A DNA stretch of 27,441 bases from a virus (taxonomy: Duplodnaviria; Caudoviricetes): positions 1 through 27,441 of the IMG/VR virus record IMGVR_UViG_3300012942_000118; one strand, written 5' to 3'. Both the position numbers and the translations under genes were made by a program. Below the pieces are notes generated by a model that did no database searches, was not told the DNA's origin, and saw only the letters and a list, made by a program, of their open reading frames with translations. Below are positions 26,094 to 27,441 of this stretch, piece after piece (within the stretch, counting starts at the first letter, position 1; each line of letters opens with the position of its first letter).

Positions 26094-26288
26094 ATGACAC
26101 CAAAGCCGCGCGGCCGACCCATCAGCGACGAACCGCGCAACCAGCAACGGCCGGTGAGATTCACCGAAGCGGAAATGGTGTTAGTCGAGCACGCGGCCGA
26201 GGTAGACGGGGTCACCGTCGCGGCGTTCATCCGCGGCGCGGCCGTGCGGGCGGCCCGACAGAAAGCCAAGAGTTCACGCACGAAGTGA
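26094..26288 (+). CDS. Ribbon-helix-helix DNA-binding protein (DUF1778/MobC-like)
   Basis: RGRP...PVRFTEAE...VEHAAEVDGVTVAAFIRGAA; TACACT -10 box 7 nt before ATG suggests a leaderless transcript. Confidence 0.8.
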   Translation: MTPKPRGRPISDEPRNQQRPVRFTEAEMVLVEHAAEVDGVTVAAFIRGAAVRAARQKAKSSRTK

Positions 26289-26365
26289 GCACTCCCCACG
26301 TGTGGGTGTTTCGCCGGACCGACGACGTTGATAAGGTCGGCCTAATTATCCGCAGGGGAGCCCAC

Positions 26366-26683
26366 ATGGACGCCGCCCAGATCAGCCGTGCACTCGCCGA
26401 CGCCCGCCGGACTGGGCAGCACATCGCCCGCGTCCCTGTGAACGAAGTGCCCGAATTCCGCAGGCAGGTCCGAGCACAAGCACGTCGTGAAGGGATGCGC
26501 GTGCGAACCATCGACGCGGGCAACGGGGAAGTGTTCATCCTCGACCCGGAACGCGAACCGACGCGCATAGAGCTGGCCGCGATCTCCATGGTCACACGGA
26601 TCGGTCCGCCGGGACACGTCCCGCCGTCGTACGAGGAAGCGTTAGAGATCGCACGCCGGGAAGAGATCCGCGCCGTCGACTGA
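26366..26683 (+). CDS. Hypothetical protein (105 aa; alternative coupled GTG start at 26285)
   Basis: AGGGGAG RBS before ATG 26366. Confidence 0.7.
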   Translation: MDAAQISRALADARRTGQHIARVPVNEVPEFRRQVRAQARREGMRVRTIDAGNGEVFILDPEREPTRIELAAISMVTRIGPPGHVPPSYEEALEIARREEIRAVD

Positions 26684-26685
26684 CC
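26634..26685 (+). repeat. Direct repeat copy 1 (3' end of 26366-26683 gene)
   Basis: Ungapped 41/52 match to 27324-27375, last 22 bp identical (AGATCCGCGCCGTCGACTGACC). Confidence 0.9.
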
Positions 26686-26689
26686 GCCT

Positions 26690-27073
26690 TCAGGCTGTCG
26701 TGATGAGCTGATGCGCTCGCTGGAATGAGACGCCGAGGACCGCGCCGATGTCTCTCACGGGAATGTTTGAATTCGCGAGCGCTTGGGCGAGCGACGCGAC
26801 TTTGCGGCTTGCGTCGCGCTCAAGATCGATAGCGGTGGCGCGTTCCTCGCGAACGTCTGCGAGCACGCCCGCGATAGGAATGCCCTCAATGCTGTCCACC
26901 TCGACGTACACGCGGACATCATCAATGCTCTGATCGGTGCGGAGCGCGATGTACTCGCGGGCCATCTGCTCGGCTTCCGCGAGCCGGCGAGCCTGGGTGA
27001 GGCCGTCGAGCTCGGGGATGGCGATCATCCACCACTTGCCCTCGCGGGTGACCTTCGCGGTATAGATGGTCAT
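26690..27073 (-). CDS. hicB: HicB-family antitoxin with C-terminal HTH
   Basis: YTAKVTREGKWWMI.IPELDGLTQARRL.EAE.MARE; VRDIGAVLGVSFQRAHQL; ATGA coupling to hicA. Confidence 0.88.
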   Translation of the reverse strand: MTIYTAKVTREGKWWMIAIPELDGLTQARRLAEAEQMAREYIALRTDQSIDDVRVYVEVDSIEGIPIAGVLADVREERATAIDLERDASRKVASLAQALANSNIPVRDIGAVLGVSFQRAHQLITTA

Positions 27074-27270
27074 TTGTTTTCATCCTCCTTCATGGCTTTG
27101 AGCAGGTTCCGGTAAACGCCGGGGCTGATCTGCCGGTGTCCATCAGGCAGCTCGAACGTGGTGCCGTTCGGGGCGTGCCATTTGGTGTGGCTGCCCACGG
27201 TGTTGCCAGGAGTCCATCCCGCTTTGCGGAGCATCTTGGTGACATCGCGGGTGGGCTGCTCACTAACCAC
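27070..27270 (-). CDS. hicA: HicA-family mRNA interferase toxin
   Basis: 66 aa; L.KAGW.....GSHTKW, LPDGH..ISPGV.R.L.KA. Confidence 0.92.
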   Translation of the reverse strand: MVSEQPTRDVTKMLRKAGWTPGNTVGSHTKWHAPNGTTFELPDGHRQISPGVYRNLLKAMKEDENK

Positions 27271-27306
27271 GAGAATAGTCTAGACGGGGTAGACGTTTCA
27301 AGTCAA
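27271..27306 (-). promoter_or_regulatory. hicAB promoter (leaderless) with overlapping operator-like inverted repeat
   Basis: Minus strand TTGACT (27306-27301)-N18-TAGACT (27282-27277)-N6-GTG; GTCTA-N7-TAGAC at 27278-27294. Confidence 0.7.
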
Positions 27307-27323
27307 TGCAAGATAGACAAAAA

Positions 27324-27375
27324 AGGAAGCGCTCGGCTTTGAACGCCGCAACCAGATCCGCGCCGTCGACTGACC
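27324..27375 (+). repeat. Direct repeat copy 2 (orphan gene 3' end, EALGFERRNQIRAVD*)
   Basis: 690 bp downstream of copy 1, same reading and stop. Confidence 0.9.
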
Positions 27376-27404
27376 CCCCGCATACTGGGCCTACCAGCTG
27401 AATG

Positions 27405-27431
27405 GGCCTCACTGATAACGTGAGGTTTCTT
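27405..27431 (+). terminator. Possible terminator hairpin
   Basis: GGCCTCAC-tgataac-GTGAGGTT then TCTT. Confidence 0.45.
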
Positions 27432-27441
27432 CGATCAGGAG

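Larger units (their letters stand above)
1..27441 (+). mobile_element. Siphovirus-type phage/prophage late region (packaging, head, tail, lysis, accessory genes); both ends lie outside the window or are not identifiable
   Basis: Co-oriented, translationally coupled terminase-portal-protease-capsid-tail-TMP-lysis gene order; no tail sheath gene; no integrase or att site identified. Confidence 0.95.

Noticed and set aside
25850-26284. N-terminal part of the 277-aa ORF 25850-26683, and reverse ORF 26015-26299
   Set aside because: Overlap the better-supported RHH and 64-aa genes; real start is more likely 26366 (or 26285)
27387-27441. tRNA-Ile-like words (GGGCCTA...CACTGATAACG..GAGGT) as possible tRNA remnant or att site
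   Set aside because: No D-arm or T-arm consensus and no cloverleaf; window ends here; a terminator hairpin explains it equally well. A tRNAscan/BLAST check of flanking sequence would settle it

Overview
High-GC actinobacterial (probably Microbacteriaceae/Micrococcales-type) siphovirus or prophage segment carrying nearly the whole late region on the + strand: small genes, TerS, TerL, a portal-MuF fusion, an XkdF-like prohead protease, a protease-tail/scaffold protein, a major capsid protein with an Ig/FN3-like insertion, head-tail genes, major tail protein, a frameshifted tail assembly chaperone, an HK97 gp10-like gene, tape measure and tail-tip genes, and a lysis cassette (DUF1906-type endolysin, two membrane proteins). 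After lysis come a second virion module with a six-hairpin glycosidase-like protein and an accessory region (RHH protein, hypotheticals, hicAB). No integrase, repressor, intact tRNA or CRISPR array is seen. Main observations: (1) a complete -1 frameshift signal at the portal/MuF junction that would give both portal-only and portal-MuF proteins; (2) a prohead protease that appears split over two genes, with nested scaffold starts; (3) an unannotated 27-aa CxxC microprotein coupled to the holin; (4) hicAB flanked by two homologous gene 3' ends; (5) a possible ubiquitin-like small protein in the head module. All family assignments come from motif recognition by eye, not database searches.
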